Shown here one piece after another: positions 1 through 10,327 of a stretch of DNA of 64,000 nt. The DNA lies in assembly GCA_049968255.1 (NCBI GenBank), contig JBMFRB010000004.1, positions 160,001 through 224,000 on the forward strand, read 5' to 3'. The first letter of the stretch is position 1, and every line of letters begins with the position of its first letter. The notes under the pieces were generated by a model. It was not told the DNA's origin, ran no database searches, and saw only the letters and a program-made list of their open reading frames with translations. The position numbers and the translations under genes are program-made. Source of the DNA: Candidatus Sumerlaeaceae bacterium. GTDB taxonomy: Bacteria > Sumerlaeota > Sumerlaeia > Sumerlaeales > Sumerlaeaceae.

Positions 1-599
1 AGAGCAATATTCAGTCGAAGCTCGAAGAGCTCGGCATTGATTTGGCCACGTCGCCCGAGGACGTGAAACAAATTGTTCAGCAGATCAAAGAGCTCGAGGC
101 AGACGGATATCAGTTCGAAGGTGCCGAGGCAAGCTTCGAACTCCTCGTGCAGAAGGCGAAAGGGCAGTACAAACCATTCTTCGAAATGCGTGATTTCAAA
201 GTCATCACGTACGGCAAAGGACCCTATGCACCTTGCCCCGCTGAGGCAATTGTTCGTGTTGTCGTGAAAGGCAAAGAGCATCATGTGGTCGCCGACGGCG
301 ATGGTCCCGTCAACGCTTTAGACCGCGCACTGCGTAGGGCGCTTGGCAATGTGTATCCCCACCTGAAGCGCGTTCATCTTACTGACTTCAAGGTCCGCGT
401 CATCAACGCCCGGGCCGGGACGGCGGCCAAAGTCCGCGTGCTGATCGAGTCGAGTGACGGGGATCGCTCCTGGACCACTGTCGGCGTTTCCGAAAACGTG
501 ATCGAGGCAAGCTGGCAGGCTCTCGTCGATTCCATCGAGTACTTCCTGCTCCATGCGCAGGAGGGCGACGGCAATGAAGCCGCATCGCAAACAGCTTGA
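1..599 (+). CDS. cimA: Citramalate/2-isopropylmalate synthase, C-terminal part (5'-truncated by window)
   Basis: Frame is open from the window edge (SNIQSKLEELGIDL...). Motifs GYQFEGAEASFEL, GDGPVNALD, DFKVR, GTAAKVRV and WTTVGVSENVIEASW are typical of the CimA/LeuA regulatory domain. Confidence 0.85.
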   Translation, partial: SNIQSKLEELGIDLATSPEDVKQIVQQIKELEADGYQFEGAEASFELLVQKAKGQYKPFFEMRDFKVITYGKGPYAPCPAEAIVRVVVKGKEHHVVADGDGPVNALDRALRRALGNVYPHLKRVHLTDFKVRVINARAGTAAKVRVLIESSDGDRSWTTVGVSENVIEASWQALVDSIEYFLLHAQEGDGNEAASQTA

Positions 600-637
600 G
601 TTCAATGCTCATGACCAGCGGCGAGAAATAGCGCTAT

Positions 638-663
638 GGGGGGCTGGCTTACCCACGCCCCCC
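638..663. terminator. GC-rich hairpin between convergent cimA and hisH
   Basis: GGGGGGC-TGG/CCA-c-GCCCCCC stem. No clear U-tract. Confidence 0.35.
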
Positions 664-665
664 TC

Positions 666-1292
666 TTAGCTTTTTTGGAGGATTCTCGCAAAGTTTGAGA
701 GAATAGTCAGCCCGACAGTTTGGCTCTTCTCCGGGTGGAATTGGACGCCAAAAAGGTTCTGGTGTTCAATCGCGGCGCAGAAGCTCAGGCCGTACTCAGA
801 AGTTGCTGCCACCACCTTGGGATCGGTCGGCTCCACGTAATACGAGTGCACAAAGTAAACGTGTGCCCCGTCTCGAACACCGCCAAAAAGCTGAGAATTC
901 TTGCAAATTGTGAGCGAATTCCAGCCCATGTGTGGAATCTTGAGTCCACAGTCGGCCGGAAATCTCCTCACGGTTCCCCTTACAAAACCCAGACCGCTGA
1001 CGCCAGGCGCTTCCTCACTCGATTCGAAGAAAACCTGCAGCCCGAGACAAATTCCCAAAACGGGGATATTGTCCAGGACGCGTTGGCGCAACGGCGAAAC
1101 AAGATCCAAACGCGTAAGTTCGTTCATTGCGTCGCCAAAGGCGCCAACACCGGGCACAACAACTGCATCAGCAGAAAAGATATCCTCAGCAGAAGCCGAG
1201 ATGAGCGAATTTACACCGACCTTTTCTAGCGCTTTCTCGACACTACGCAGATTGCCCATCCCGTAGTCAACAATCACAACTTTCATGGTCAC
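666..1292 (-). CDS. hisH: Imidazole glycerol phosphate synthase, glutamine amidotransferase subunit
   Basis: DYGMGNLRSV, PGVGAF, GICLG, PHMGWN, YFVHSY and QFHPEKS motifs. Confidence 0.95.
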   Translation of the reverse strand: MTMKVVIVDYGMGNLRSVEKALEKVGVNSLISASAEDIFSADAVVVPGVGAFGDAMNELTRLDLVSPLRQRVLDNIPVLGICLGLQVFFESSEEAPGVSGLGFVRGTVRRFPADCGLKIPHMGWNSLTICKNSQLFGGVRDGAHVYFVHSYYVEPTDPKVVAATSEYGLSFCAAIEHQNLFGVQFHPEKSQTVGLTILSNFARILQKS

Positions 1293-1392
1293 GCCTTATT
1301 GTGTCCACTTGTGCTTTATTTTGCGTACACATGGCACATCGAAAATCTCTGTGGATGCCAGGCAATACCAGACGAGTGGCGCGCAGCTCTGC

Positions 1393-2862
1393 TCAAACAA
1401 CGCGTAAGTAATCTACCAATGTGCAGCGACGGATTCGACAGAAAGTGCGAGCCGTGGTAAGTCCCTCGCCTGTGGGACTCGCAATGGAGAACGACGTGTG
1501 CCCTTCGCCCCCCGCCCCTAGCCCCGCATAGCTCGGTCCATTTTTCACGAAGATCGAGCAGTTCATTGCCTTGCCCATTTTTGTCATATTGGCCACGTTG
1601 AGCGAATGAATAACGGCGGTATGTCCGTAACCATGTTCGGCCGCTACGGCCATCTCGAGGGCTTCGTCAAAATTCCGGCAACGCACAATCGGCAAAAACA
1701 TCATCATTTGCTCGTGCTGTACCCATGGGTTGTCGAATTCTGTCTCACCTATCAGCATTGGACAATCCGCCGGCACATCCAGCCCGATTGCCCTCGCCAG
1801 CACCTGCGGACTTCGTCCCACCAAGTCTCTATTTAGGACCGCGCCCCCGCACGATTTACCTGTGCCATGCTCCCCGCTGCACTGGAAAGCCACCTTAGCT
1901 AGCGCATTGATTTGTTCTTTTGTTAGCACGACACATCCGAGCTTTTTCATCTCGGTCATCAGGGCGTCCGCTACTGCCTCGACGACGAATACCTCCTTTT
2001 CGCCAATGCACAAAATGTTGTTGTCGAAGCCCGCTCCATTGAGGATATCGCGTGCAGCCTTGGGGATGATTGCGGTCTCGTCCACTACCACCGGAGGGTT
2101 GCCTGGCCCCGCAGTGATGCATTTCTTCCCACTGTTGAGCGCCTCACGCACCACTCCAGGGCCGCCCGTAACCAGCAGAACACGCACTTTTGGATGCTTG
2201 AACATGGCTTTGCCGGTTTCGATGGTCGGCTCTTCAATGCACGTCATCAGATTTTCGAGACCAGTCGCGCGATAGATGGCCTCGTTGAACAAGTCGATAG
2301 CATAGGCAAAAACTCGTTTCGAAGCGGGGTGCGGATTGAATACCACCGTGTTGCCGCCGGAGAGAATGCTAATGCCGTTATTGATGGCGGTCTCGACGGG
2401 GTGGGTCACGGGTGTGACCGCGCCGATCACTCCGTAGGGTGCATATTCTTCCACCGTGAGTCCGTGGTCACCAGTCCAGCAGCGTGGTGTGAGATCTTCG
2501 GGGCCCGGCGTGAGACGGATCACGATTTCATGCTTGCGGATTTTGTGGTCTATTCGTCCCAGCTTCGTCTCTTCGAAGATTCGCCGCGCAAAGTCCTCCT
2601 TATGACTTTCCCCAACTTCGCGGATTGCGCTAACCACTCGTTTGCGCGTCTCGAGCGTGGCATCGGCATAGCGTTTCTGCGCGTGCCAAGCGGCCTCAAT
2701 CGCGTCCTCAATCGTTGTGTAGACGCCTCGCAATCCGGTCGGTGATCCACTACGACGCGATGAAGTCGCACCAAACTGTGCTCCTGTGCCACCTGCTCCA
2801 ACATTCGGGCCAAGTCGCCTCACAACTTCTTCCACGATTGCCTCGATCATTTTCTCGTCCAC
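1393..2862 (-). CDS. CoA-acylating aldehyde dehydrogenase (EutE/PduP family) with N-terminal BMC encapsulation peptide
   Basis: PYGVIGAVTP, AGPGNPPVVVDETA, FDNNILCIGEKE (catalytic Cys) and SPTGEGLT...RRC. GTG start at 2862 follows an AAGGA RBS. Confidence 0.9.
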   Translation of the reverse strand: MDEKMIEAIVEEVVRRLGPNVGAGGTGAQFGATSSRRSGSPTGLRGVYTTIEDAIEAAWHAQKRYADATLETRKRVVSAIREVGESHKEDFARRIFEETKLGRIDHKIRKHEIVIRLTPGPEDLTPRCWTGDHGLTVEEYAPYGVIGAVTPVTHPVETAINNGISILSGGNTVVFNPHPASKRVFAYAIDLFNEAIYRATGLENLMTCIEEPTIETGKAMFKHPKVRVLLVTGGPGVVREALNSGKKCITAGPGNPPVVVDETAIIPKAARDILNGAGFDNNILCIGEKEVFVVEAVADALMTEMKKLGCVVLTKEQINALAKVAFQCSGEHGTGKSCGGAVLNRDLVGRSPQVLARAIGLDVPADCPMLIGETEFDNPWVQHEQMMMFLPIVRCRNFDEALEMAVAAEHGYGHTAVIHSLNVANMTKMGKAMNCSIFVKNGPSYAGLGAGGEGHTSFSIASPTGEGLTTARTFCRIRRCTLVDYLRVV

Positions 2863-3061
2863 GGTGGTTCCTTTCCGTGCTTTCAACATCCCCAACAGGA
2901 TCCGTTCTTACTGAGCATTCCTAGGTCGCAAAACCGTCTCTACGGAATCAACGTCTTTTTCGCTAGAGGTGCGGTCCGTTTGAATCCGCTCCAGAAGTCG
3001 ACCAGCAGACATGCATTTTTTTGCTAGACCATCACAACTTGGCAACCTTGCTAATAGGGAC

Positions 3062-4915
3062 ATGGATAGAGACAAACTTATCAAAGCACTCTCCGCAAAA
3101 GCAAATAAGCTTCGCATTCACTCCGTTCGCTCAACATCTGCAGCAGGGTCAGGACACCCCACCACGTGCCTCTCCTGCGCGGAAATTGTGGCGACCCTCT
3201 TCTTCCACGAGATGCGTTACGACACGAAAAACCCGCAAAATCCGCTGAGCGACCGCTTCGTGCTTTCGAAAGGACACGCTGCTCCAATCCTTTACGCAGC
3301 ATGGGCGGAAGCAGGATTCATGCCCGTCGAAAAGTTGCTTACGCTGCGGCGTATTGATTCCGATCTCGAAGGGCATCCGACGCCACGGTTGCCGTTCGTG
3401 GATGTGGCAACTGGCTCCCTAGGTCAGGGACTTGGCGCAGCGGTAGGAATGGCGCTCAACTCCAAGTACCTCGACAAAACAAACTATCGAACCTATGTTT
3501 TGCTTGGCGACGGCGAGGTTGCAGAAGGCGCGGTCTGGGAGGCGGCCGAGCTCGCCAGCTACTACAAGCTTGATAACCTTGTTGCGATTGTGGACGTCAA
3601 CCGCCTCGGCCAGAGCCAGCACACCATGCTCCAGCACCAGCTCGACGTCTATAAAGCGCGCTTCGAAGCGTTTGGCTGGGAAGCCGGCACTGTTGATGGC
3701 CACAACGTCGGCCAGCTTCTCGACGCGTTTGCCAAAGCCCGCACGGTGAAGGATAAACCCTTTGTCATTGTGGCAAAAACTTTCAAGGGCCGCGGAGTAA
3801 GTTTTGCCGAAGACAAAGATGGCTGGCACGGCAAACCTTTCAAAAAGGGCGAAGAGGAAGAGCGAGCAATCGCGGATATCATGGCGCTTGGCATTGAAGG
3901 CGACGAAGGTCTAACCCCCCCGCCACCTCCCCAGAAAGCACTCCCAGCGAGCTACAAAAAAGAAATGGCATCACCGAGCTACAAAATCGGCGAAATGGTT
4001 GCGACCCGCGAGGCTTACGGCGAGGCTCTCGTCAAGCTCGGCACGGCCGATCCCACAGTCGTCGTCCTCGACGGCGACACCAAGAACTCTACTTATTCGG
4101 AGAAATTCCTTAAAGCCTATCCCGACCGCTTCTTCGAGGGGTTCATCGCCGAGCAAAACCTCATTAGTATGGCAACGGGGCTTGCCGCTCGCGGCAAAAC
4201 AGTGTTTGCAAGCTCGTTTGCTGTCTTCCTGAGCCGCGGTTTCGATCAGGTGCGGATGGCAGGAATCTCGCAGTCAAACATCAATCTTTGCGGATCGCAC
4301 GTCGGTGTCTCTATTGGCGAAGATGGGCCTTCGCAAATGGGGCTTGAAGACCTTGCACTCTTCCGCGCAATCCCCAATTCCATTGTCCTTTATCCATCGG
4401 ACGCAGTTGCTACCGAACGGGCGGTCTCCCTGGCTGGCGCATATCCCGGCATCGCCTACATTCGCACCTCCCGCCCCAAGACCCCTGTGATTTATCCTCA
4501 TGACGAGGTATTCGCCGTGGGTAAAGCCAAGATCGTCCGCAAAAGCGATCGCGATGCGCTCACTATCGTCACCGGTGGCGTCACTCTTTTCGAAGCATTG
4601 AAAGCTGCGGACGAACTTGCGAAACAGGGCATCATGGTGCGCATCGTGGACATCTTCTCGGTCAAGCCTCTGGATCGCGAAACGCTTATCGAGTGCGCCA
4701 ACGCAACCGGTCAGGTGATTCTGACTGTCGAGGATCATTATCCCGAGGGCGGCATCGGTGAGGCCATCGCAGCGGCTCTGGCTGATACATCCACGCGAAT
4801 CGAGCGCCTGGCTGTTCGCGAGCTTCCACGGTCAGGTAAGCCGGAAGAATTGTTAGCAAAATATCAAATCGATGCTCAGGCGATAGAGAAAAAGGTGAAG
4901 GAGCTTGTGCGATGA
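3062..4915 (+). CDS. tkt: Transketolase
   Basis: SGHPTT, LSKGHAAP, GSLGQG, GDGE..EG ThDP motif, IAEQN and GEDGPSQM. ATG at 3062 follows AGGGA. Confidence 0.95.
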   Translation: MDRDKLIKALSAKANKLRIHSVRSTSAAGSGHPTTCLSCAEIVATLFFHEMRYDTKNPQNPLSDRFVLSKGHAAPILYAAWAEAGFMPVEKLLTLRRIDSDLEGHPTPRLPFVDVATGSLGQGLGAAVGMALNSKYLDKTNYRTYVLLGDGEVAEGAVWEAAELASYYKLDNLVAIVDVNRLGQSQHTMLQHQLDVYKARFEAFGWEAGTVDGHNVGQLLDAFAKARTVKDKPFVIVAKTFKGRGVSFAEDKDGWHGKPFKKGEEEERAIADIMALGIEGDEGLTPPPPPQKALPASYKKEMASPSYKIGEMVATREAYGEALVKLGTADPTVVVLDGDTKNSTYSEKFLKAYPDRFFEGFIAEQNLISMATGLAARGKTVFASSFAVFLSRGFDQVRMAGISQSNINLCGSHVGVSIGEDGPSQMGLEDLALFRAIPNSIVLYPSDAVATERAVSLAGAYPGIAYIRTSRPKTPVIYPHDEVFAVGKAKIVRKSDRDALTIVTGGVTLFEALKAADELAKQGIMVRIVDIFSVKPLDRETLIECANATGQVILTVEDHYPEGGIGEAIAAALADTSTRIERLAVRELPRSGKPEELLAKYQIDAQAIEKKVKELVR

Positions 4916-7764
4916 CTAAGGCAGCGAAAAACGCTTTGCAGGCTCTCTCCGACTGTGGGCAAAGCGTATGGCTGGATTTCATCAGCCGCGAGCTCATTGC
5001 AAGCGGCGAACTCAAACGGCTTGTCACACAAGTCGGCGTTCGCGGGGTTACTTCCAATCCCGACATCTTTCAGAAAGCAATTGCTGGGAGCTCGCTTTAT
5101 GACAAGGCGATCGAGCGTCTGGCCCGCACCGGTCACTCGACGCTCGAAATTTACGAGACCTTAGCTGTTGAAGACATCCGCAAAGCCGCCGACATCCTCC
5201 GCCCTGTCTGGCAAAAAACGCGTGGCGGCGATGGCTACATCTCGCTCGAAGTTTCGCCGCACCTTGCCTACGATGCGGTGGCGACAATTGACGAAGCGGA
5301 GAGACTTTGGGCCACGGTCGGACGGCCAAATCTCATGATCAAAATCCCAGCAACGCCAGCTGGGCTTGTGGCCATCGAGGAACTCATCGCACGTGGCATC
5401 AACGTCAACGTCACGCTGCTCTTCTCCATTGCCGTTTACAAAAAGGTCATGGAAGCCTATACGGCTGGTTTGCAACGCCGCGCGAAAAGAAATTTGCCGC
5501 TCGACTGTGTGAGGTCTGTCGCAAGCTTCTTTGTCAGCCGCCTTGATACGCTCGTGGATAGCCTGCTGGCCTCACGAATTACAAATCTTCCCGAAATAGC
5601 TGCGACGACCGCTTCTCGCGTCTTCGGAAAAACGGCGGTGGCATGCGCCAAACTATCTTATCTTGAATACGAGCAATTTTTCTCTTCTGCGCGCTTCAAA
5701 AAGCTCGCCGCGCGCGGGGCCCAAACCCAGCGTCCCCTTTGGGCAAGCACGAGCACGAAGAATCCACTCTACGACCCCCTTGCTTACGTGACGCCTTTGG
5801 TTGGTCGCGACACAGTGAACACCCTGCCTCTTGCCACGCTAGAAGCGCTGCTCGCTGGGACGCTTCCAACGGCTGAGACTATTCACGAAGGAGTCGCAGA
5901 GGCCAGAGCAGTCATCGAAACGCTGAGTTCGTTGAGCATTGACATCGAATCAGTAGCCACTCAACTGCTCGAGGACGGCGTCGCGCGCTTTATCCGCTCC
6001 TTTGATGCTCTGCTTTCCGCCATAGCCGAAAAACGTCTGCACGCTCTTGGCCTTGCCAGGCTGCAATCCGAATCGCCCCAAGACTTATCCGCGTCGGTTC
6101 CGGCGGTCCAGCGTGCGGTATCAGAGCTGCGCTATCTTCCGCGGCTGTGGAAAAAGGACGCGTCGCTGTGGACCGAAAACGAAGACGTCGCCCAAAAAAT
6201 CGTGAATCGGCTGGGCTGGCTCGAGTCGCCGTTCAAGATGCTTTCGGCCGGTCGTCAGATCCAGCGTTTTGCAGCGGATGTGGCTAAAGCCGGGTTCACC
6301 CACGTCGTGCTTCTGGGAATGGGTGGCAGCAGCTTGTGCCCCGAGGTTTGCTCCAAGACTTTTGGATCGCGTACGGGCTATCCCAAACTCATCGTCCTGG
6401 ACAATACGTCGCCCGACGCGGTACGTGCCGTCGAGAAATCCATAGACCTCAAGAAAACCCTCTTCATCCCCGCAAGTAAGTCCGGCACAACCATCGAGAC
6501 GAACTCCTTCTATAAATACTTTAGGCTGAAGCTCGCAAGTCTCGGCATTAAAAACATCGGCGAACACTTTGTCGCTATCACCGATCCAGGTACACCTCTT
6601 GCAGAGCTGGGACGCCAAGAACGCTTTCGTGCTGTTTTTGAGAATCCAGCCGATATTGGTGGGCGCTTCAGTGCTCTCTCGTTCTTCGGGCTCGTGCCGA
6701 TGGCGCTGCTTGGCCTTGATATCGCCCAGCTTCTCGCCCGCGCCATCGATTTCGCCCTGGATCGCGGGACGGTTATCAACAGCACCTCGGATTCAGCCGT
6801 GCGTCTTGGTGTGTTCTTGGCAGAGTGTGCCAAGGTCGGTCGTGACAAGCTGACCTTTGTTATCTCGGATGTGTTCGCGTCATTTGGCGATTGGGTTGAG
6901 CAACTCGTCGCAGAAAGCACGGGAAAATGTGGCATAGGGATTCTGCCTGTGGTAGGGGAGCGTGTAATCCCTGCCATCTCCTGTGGTCCTGACCGAGCAT
7001 TTGTTTCAATGCGCCTAGCCAAGGAGAAGGAAGATCCGCGGCTTTCCGCCATCGAAAAGCGCGGCGCGCCTGTGGTTCGCATCGTATTGCCCGATCTCGT
7101 GGACCTTGGAGTCGAGTTTTTCCGGTGGGAGGTAGCAACAGCAATCGCCGGAGCTCTTCTTCGCATCAATCCTTTCGACGAGCCAAATGTTACCGAAAGC
7201 AAGCAGAACACCGCGCGTCTCCTCGAGGCCTTTACAGAGCAAGGCAAGTTGCCCGTGCCCCCCACACAGATCGAAAGCCGCGGCCTACGTCTGACGTTCT
7301 CAAAGGCCGCGATGCAAATCGTTGGCAGCAAAATCTCCCGGCCAAAGGATGCTCTGCGCGCCCTTTTACTTTCTGCAGAACCGCCTGACTATGTGGCGCT
7401 ACTCGTTTACGCCCAGAGCCAGAAGCGTTTGGACGCAAAGCTCGCCGCCCTCCGGTCGGCGATCCAAAAAGCGACGGGTTGTGCGACAACTTTAGGATAC
7501 GGTCCCCGCTACCTTCACAGCACTGGCCAATTGCATAAGGGCGGTCCGAACACTGGCGTGTTTCTCATGATCGTGGCGGATCCAGCAAAAGATGCAGAGA
7601 TTCCAGGCGAAGCCTACTCATTTGCGACCCTGGCCCGCGCGCAAGCCCTGGGAGATTTCGAGGCCCTCGCTGAGCATGGCCGTCGCGCTATCCTGGTTCA
7701 GGTCGGCGAGGATGCCGCAGCGGCTGTAACGGAACTCTTGGCTTTGGCTGGCCTCGACGACTAA
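4912..7764 (+). CDS. tal: Bifunctional transaldolase / glucose-6-phosphate isomerase
   Basis: N-half has GVTSNP, MIKIPAT, ASFFVSR and LWASTSTKNP. C-half has GMGGSSL, SKSGTT.E, GGRFS and HSTGQLHKGG. ATGA overlap with tkt. Confidence 0.92.
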   Translation: MTKAAKNALQALSDCGQSVWLDFISRELIASGELKRLVTQVGVRGVTSNPDIFQKAIAGSSLYDKAIERLARTGHSTLEIYETLAVEDIRKAADILRPVWQKTRGGDGYISLEVSPHLAYDAVATIDEAERLWATVGRPNLMIKIPATPAGLVAIEELIARGINVNVTLLFSIAVYKKVMEAYTAGLQRRAKRNLPLDCVRSVASFFVSRLDTLVDSLLASRITNLPEIAATTASRVFGKTAVACAKLSYLEYEQFFSSARFKKLAARGAQTQRPLWASTSTKNPLYDPLAYVTPLVGRDTVNTLPLATLEALLAGTLPTAETIHEGVAEARAVIETLSSLSIDIESVATQLLEDGVARFIRSFDALLSAIAEKRLHALGLARLQSESPQDLSASVPAVQRAVSELRYLPRLWKKDASLWTENEDVAQKIVNRLGWLESPFKMLSAGRQIQRFAADVAKAGFTHVVLLGMGGSSLCPEVCSKTFGSRTGYPKLIVLDNTSPDAVRAVEKSIDLKKTLFIPASKSGTTIETNSFYKYFRLKLASLGIKNIGEHFVAITDPGTPLAELGRQERFRAVFENPADIGGRFSALSFFGLVPMALLGLDIAQLLARAIDFALDRGTVINSTSDSAVRLGVFLAECAKVGRDKLTFVISDVFASFGDWVEQLVAESTGKCGIGILPVVGERVIPAISCGPDRAFVSMRLAKEKEDPRLSAIEKRGAPVVRIVLPDLVDLGVEFFRWEVATAIAGALLRINPFDEPNVTESKQNTARLLEAFTEQGKLPVPPTQIESRGLRLTFSKAAMQIVGSKISRPKDALRALLLSAEPPDYVALLVYAQSQKRLDAKLAALRSAIQKATGCATTLGYGPRYLHSTGQLHKGGPNTGVFLMIVADPAKDAEIPGEAYSFATLARAQALGDFEALAEHGRRAILVQVGEDAAAAVTELLALAGLDD

Positions 7765-7848
7765 ACTGACAACATTCAATGCCCGACCTCGGTGAGTTGC
7801 TTTGTAGGTGCCTGCTGCTGACAGTTTGCCCGATCGGAGGAAGAGTGC

Positions 7849-8949
7849 GTGAGGATTTTCGTCGATGCCCGGTGCGTGCGTCCTGGACGCACCGGGGTAG
7901 GGACTGCAACCGAAGCTTGGATACGCGCTCTGGCTGAGTCCCATCCCGAGGATCAGCTCACAGTTCTCATACTTTCGCGCTCTCCCAGCGAGCGGTTCTT
8001 TGGACCAAATATCCATCTGCTTGCCACACGGGTTGATTACGAGTGGCATCCGCTGGCCGAGCTATACTCACACTGGCTCCTACCCCGCCTCGCTGCTCGC
8101 ACACGTGCCCAGGTCTTCTGGGGGCCTGCTTTCGCCGTCCCATCCACCCCAGCTCCCTTTCCACGTGTGGTCACCGTGCATGATCTCTCGGTCTTTGATC
8201 ATCCGTCCGACTACCCACCCGCCTTTGGTGCTTATCTTCGGTGGCGAATCCAGCGCGCAGTGCGTGCAGCCGACGGTATCCATTGCGTGAGCCACGACAC
8301 GCGCCAGCGTATTGCTGCGCGTTGGCCCGAAACGGCGAAGAAATGCAGAGTCATTCCCTGTGGTGTCGATGACTTCTTTTTCGCTGACTCTCCTGTCAGT
8401 GATCCTTTCCCCCCCTTGCCGAACTTTTTCATCCTCACCGTTGGGGCCGGCCAGCCCCGCAAAAACGCCCAATTCGGAGCAGAAATTGTGCGCCTTCTGC
8501 GCGCAAAGTTTCGCCTGCCGTGTGAGTACGTGGTGGTGGGGCACGATGCCAGCCTTCCCCCCTGGGTGCATCAGTATCCCGTACGTGCTAAGCGTGAGCT
8601 AGTCCCCTTTTATAAGCGTGCGGCCCTGCTGCTTATGCCGAGTACTCACGAGGGTTTCGGCATCCCTGCGCTCGAAGCCATGGCGGCAGGTTGTCCGGTT
8701 GCGGTCTCGAATCGCGGAGCGATGCCTGAAGTGGTCGGCGACGCTGCCGTGCTCATCTTCGCCCTAGAGGACGGCCCTGAAAAGGCAGCAGCCCGCCTGG
8801 CGGAGATTTTCCAAGACAAGGATTTGATCGAAACCAAACGTGAGCTTGGCCGAAAGCGCGCGTATGAATTCACATGGAGAAGCTCGGCTATCGCATTGAG
8901 ACAATTTTTCGAAGACCTCGTGCAAAAGAAGGAAGCTGGTCGTGGCTGA
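7849..8949 (+). CDS. Glycosyltransferase family 4 (WbdA/MtfB-like)
   Basis: TVHDL and EGFGIPALEAMAAGCPV motifs. Confidence 0.9.
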   Translation: MRIFVDARCVRPGRTGVGTATEAWIRALAESHPEDQLTVLILSRSPSERFFGPNIHLLATRVDYEWHPLAELYSHWLLPRLAARTRAQVFWGPAFAVPSTPAPFPRVVTVHDLSVFDHPSDYPPAFGAYLRWRIQRAVRAADGIHCVSHDTRQRIAARWPETAKKCRVIPCGVDDFFFADSPVSDPFPPLPNFFILTVGAGQPRKNAQFGAEIVRLLRAKFRLPCEYVVVGHDASLPPWVHQYPVRAKRELVPFYKRAALLLMPSTHEGFGIPALEAMAAGCPVAVSNRGAMPEVVGDAAVLIFALEDGPEKAAARLAEIFQDKDLIETKRELGRKRAYEFTWRSSAIALRQFFEDLVQKKEAGRG

Positions 8950-9703
8950 CTGTGGGATCATCATTGTGGCCGCCGGCAAAGGTGAACGAATGGGTGGGGA
9001 TGTTCCAAAGCAATTCCGCCCGCTCGCTGGCTATCCGGTCTATCTGTGGAGCCTTGCTTTTTTTTCAACGCAGCCAAGCGTGCAGGAGATTGCGCTAGTC
9101 GTACCTGCTGCTAACGTCTCGTCGCTAAAGCAAAACTTTTCGTCGCTTTCCGATCTCACCGTCCATGTGGTTGCGGGAGGAGCGCGCCGCCAGGATTCTG
9201 TTGTAGCCGGGGTCTCGGCTTTGTCGCCCAAATGTGAATACATTGCTGTTCACGATGCTGCCCGCCCATTTCCTCCTTTGCATTTTGAACGACTTTTGGC
9301 GGTAGCCTGCGAATACGGCAGCGCCATCTTTGCCTATCCAATCGTCGAAACCGTGAAACGAGTCGGACCGGACAAATCCATTCACGAGACGCTTGAACGT
9401 TCTGGCCTGTGGGCTGCCCAGACGCCCCAACTTTTTCGGCGCGAGCTGCTCGCGGCGGCTCTCGAACATTGCCAGCGCAACGATGTGGTGGTGACAGATG
9501 ATGCGGCAGCTGTGGCACTCATCAATGGGCCAGTTCGCGTTGTTGAGGGCGAGCGTTGGAATATCAAACTTACCGCCACTGACGACTGGGCTGTTGCCGA
9601 GTATCTGGCCCGCCATAGGCCGCACCACCTCGAGTGTGTTCAAGATCTAGCTCAGCGGCTGGCCCAAAATTCTAAGCAGAAGGATCAACGACATGACCGC
9701 TAG
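8942..9703 (+). CDS. ispD: 2-C-methyl-D-erythritol 4-phosphate cytidylyltransferase
   Basis: AAGKGERMG..PKQF, RQDSV, HDAARP, QTPQ and TDD motifs. Confidence 0.93.
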   Translation: MADCGIIIVAAGKGERMGGDVPKQFRPLAGYPVYLWSLAFFSTQPSVQEIALVVPAANVSSLKQNFSSLSDLTVHVVAGGARRQDSVVAGVSALSPKCEYIAVHDAARPFPPLHFERLLAVACEYGSAIFAYPIVETVKRVGPDKSIHETLERSGLWAAQTPQLFRRELLAAALEHCQRNDVVVTDDAAAVALINGPVRVVEGERWNIKLTATDDWAVAEYLARHRPHHLECVQDLAQRLAQNSKQKDQRHDR

Positions 9704-10202
9704 AGTGCCCCAAATGCGCGTCGGCTTGGGATTCGACGTGCATCCCTTCGCTCCCGATCGTCCCCTTTATATCGGTGGCGTCCATATCCCCTTTGCTCAC
9801 GGTCTTGCAGGTCACTCGGATGCCGACGTCCTGCTTCATGCGATTGCGGATGCAATTTTCGGGGCGATCGGGGCAGGGGACATCGGGCAGCATTTCCCGA
9901 ACACGGATCCAAGGTGGCAAAATTGCCCGAGTCGTGTGTTCGTGGAACACGCAGCAGCGCAAGCAGCGCTGCAAGGCTTTGCTATCGTCAACGTGGACTG
10001 CACCCTGCTTGCGGAAAAACCTAAAATAGGCCCCTACGTTGCAACGATGCGCGCCACAATTGCCGCTATGCTCGCAATTGACAGCGGTGCGGTAGGAGTC
10101 AAAGCCACGACCATGGAAAAAATGGGATTTGTTGGACGCGAAGAAGGCATTGCTGCCTTAGCTGTCGCCTTGCTTGCAAAAAGTGAAGACTCTTCATCTT
10201 GA
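9693..10202 (+). CDS. ispF: 2-C-methyl-D-erythritol 2,4-cyclodiphosphate synthase
   Basis: GFDVH, GHSDADV, GDIGQHFP and KATT.E motifs. Follows ispD. Confidence 0.95.
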   Translation: MTARVPQMRVGLGFDVHPFAPDRPLYIGGVHIPFAHGLAGHSDADVLLHAIADAIFGAIGAGDIGQHFPNTDPRWQNCPSRVFVEHAAAQAALQGFAIVNVDCTLLAEKPKIGPYVATMRATIAAMLAIDSGAVGVKATTMEKMGFVGREEGIAALAVALLAKSEDSSS

Positions 10203-10327
10203 CGCCCGATTGGGGACACCCATGCACGGGGCACCATGACAAGTGTCCCTAGGCAGATCAAACGTCAGTAGCTCGCCTCGTCCACTTTGGCCCAGAATGG
10301 CGACTTCTTCACACCGATGACACGAGA

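Noticed and set aside
6510-7331. 273-aa minus-strand ORF (and similar ones such as 32734-33540 and 10481-11182)
   Set aside because: Antisense shadows of well-supported genes.
4912-7764. Transaldolase-PGI fusion as a novelty
   Set aside because: A known fusion found in several bacterial groups.
10213-10249. GGGACAC...GTGTCCC inverted repeat between ispF and the deacylase
   Set aside because: Short stem, large loop and no U-tract. At most a weak terminator.
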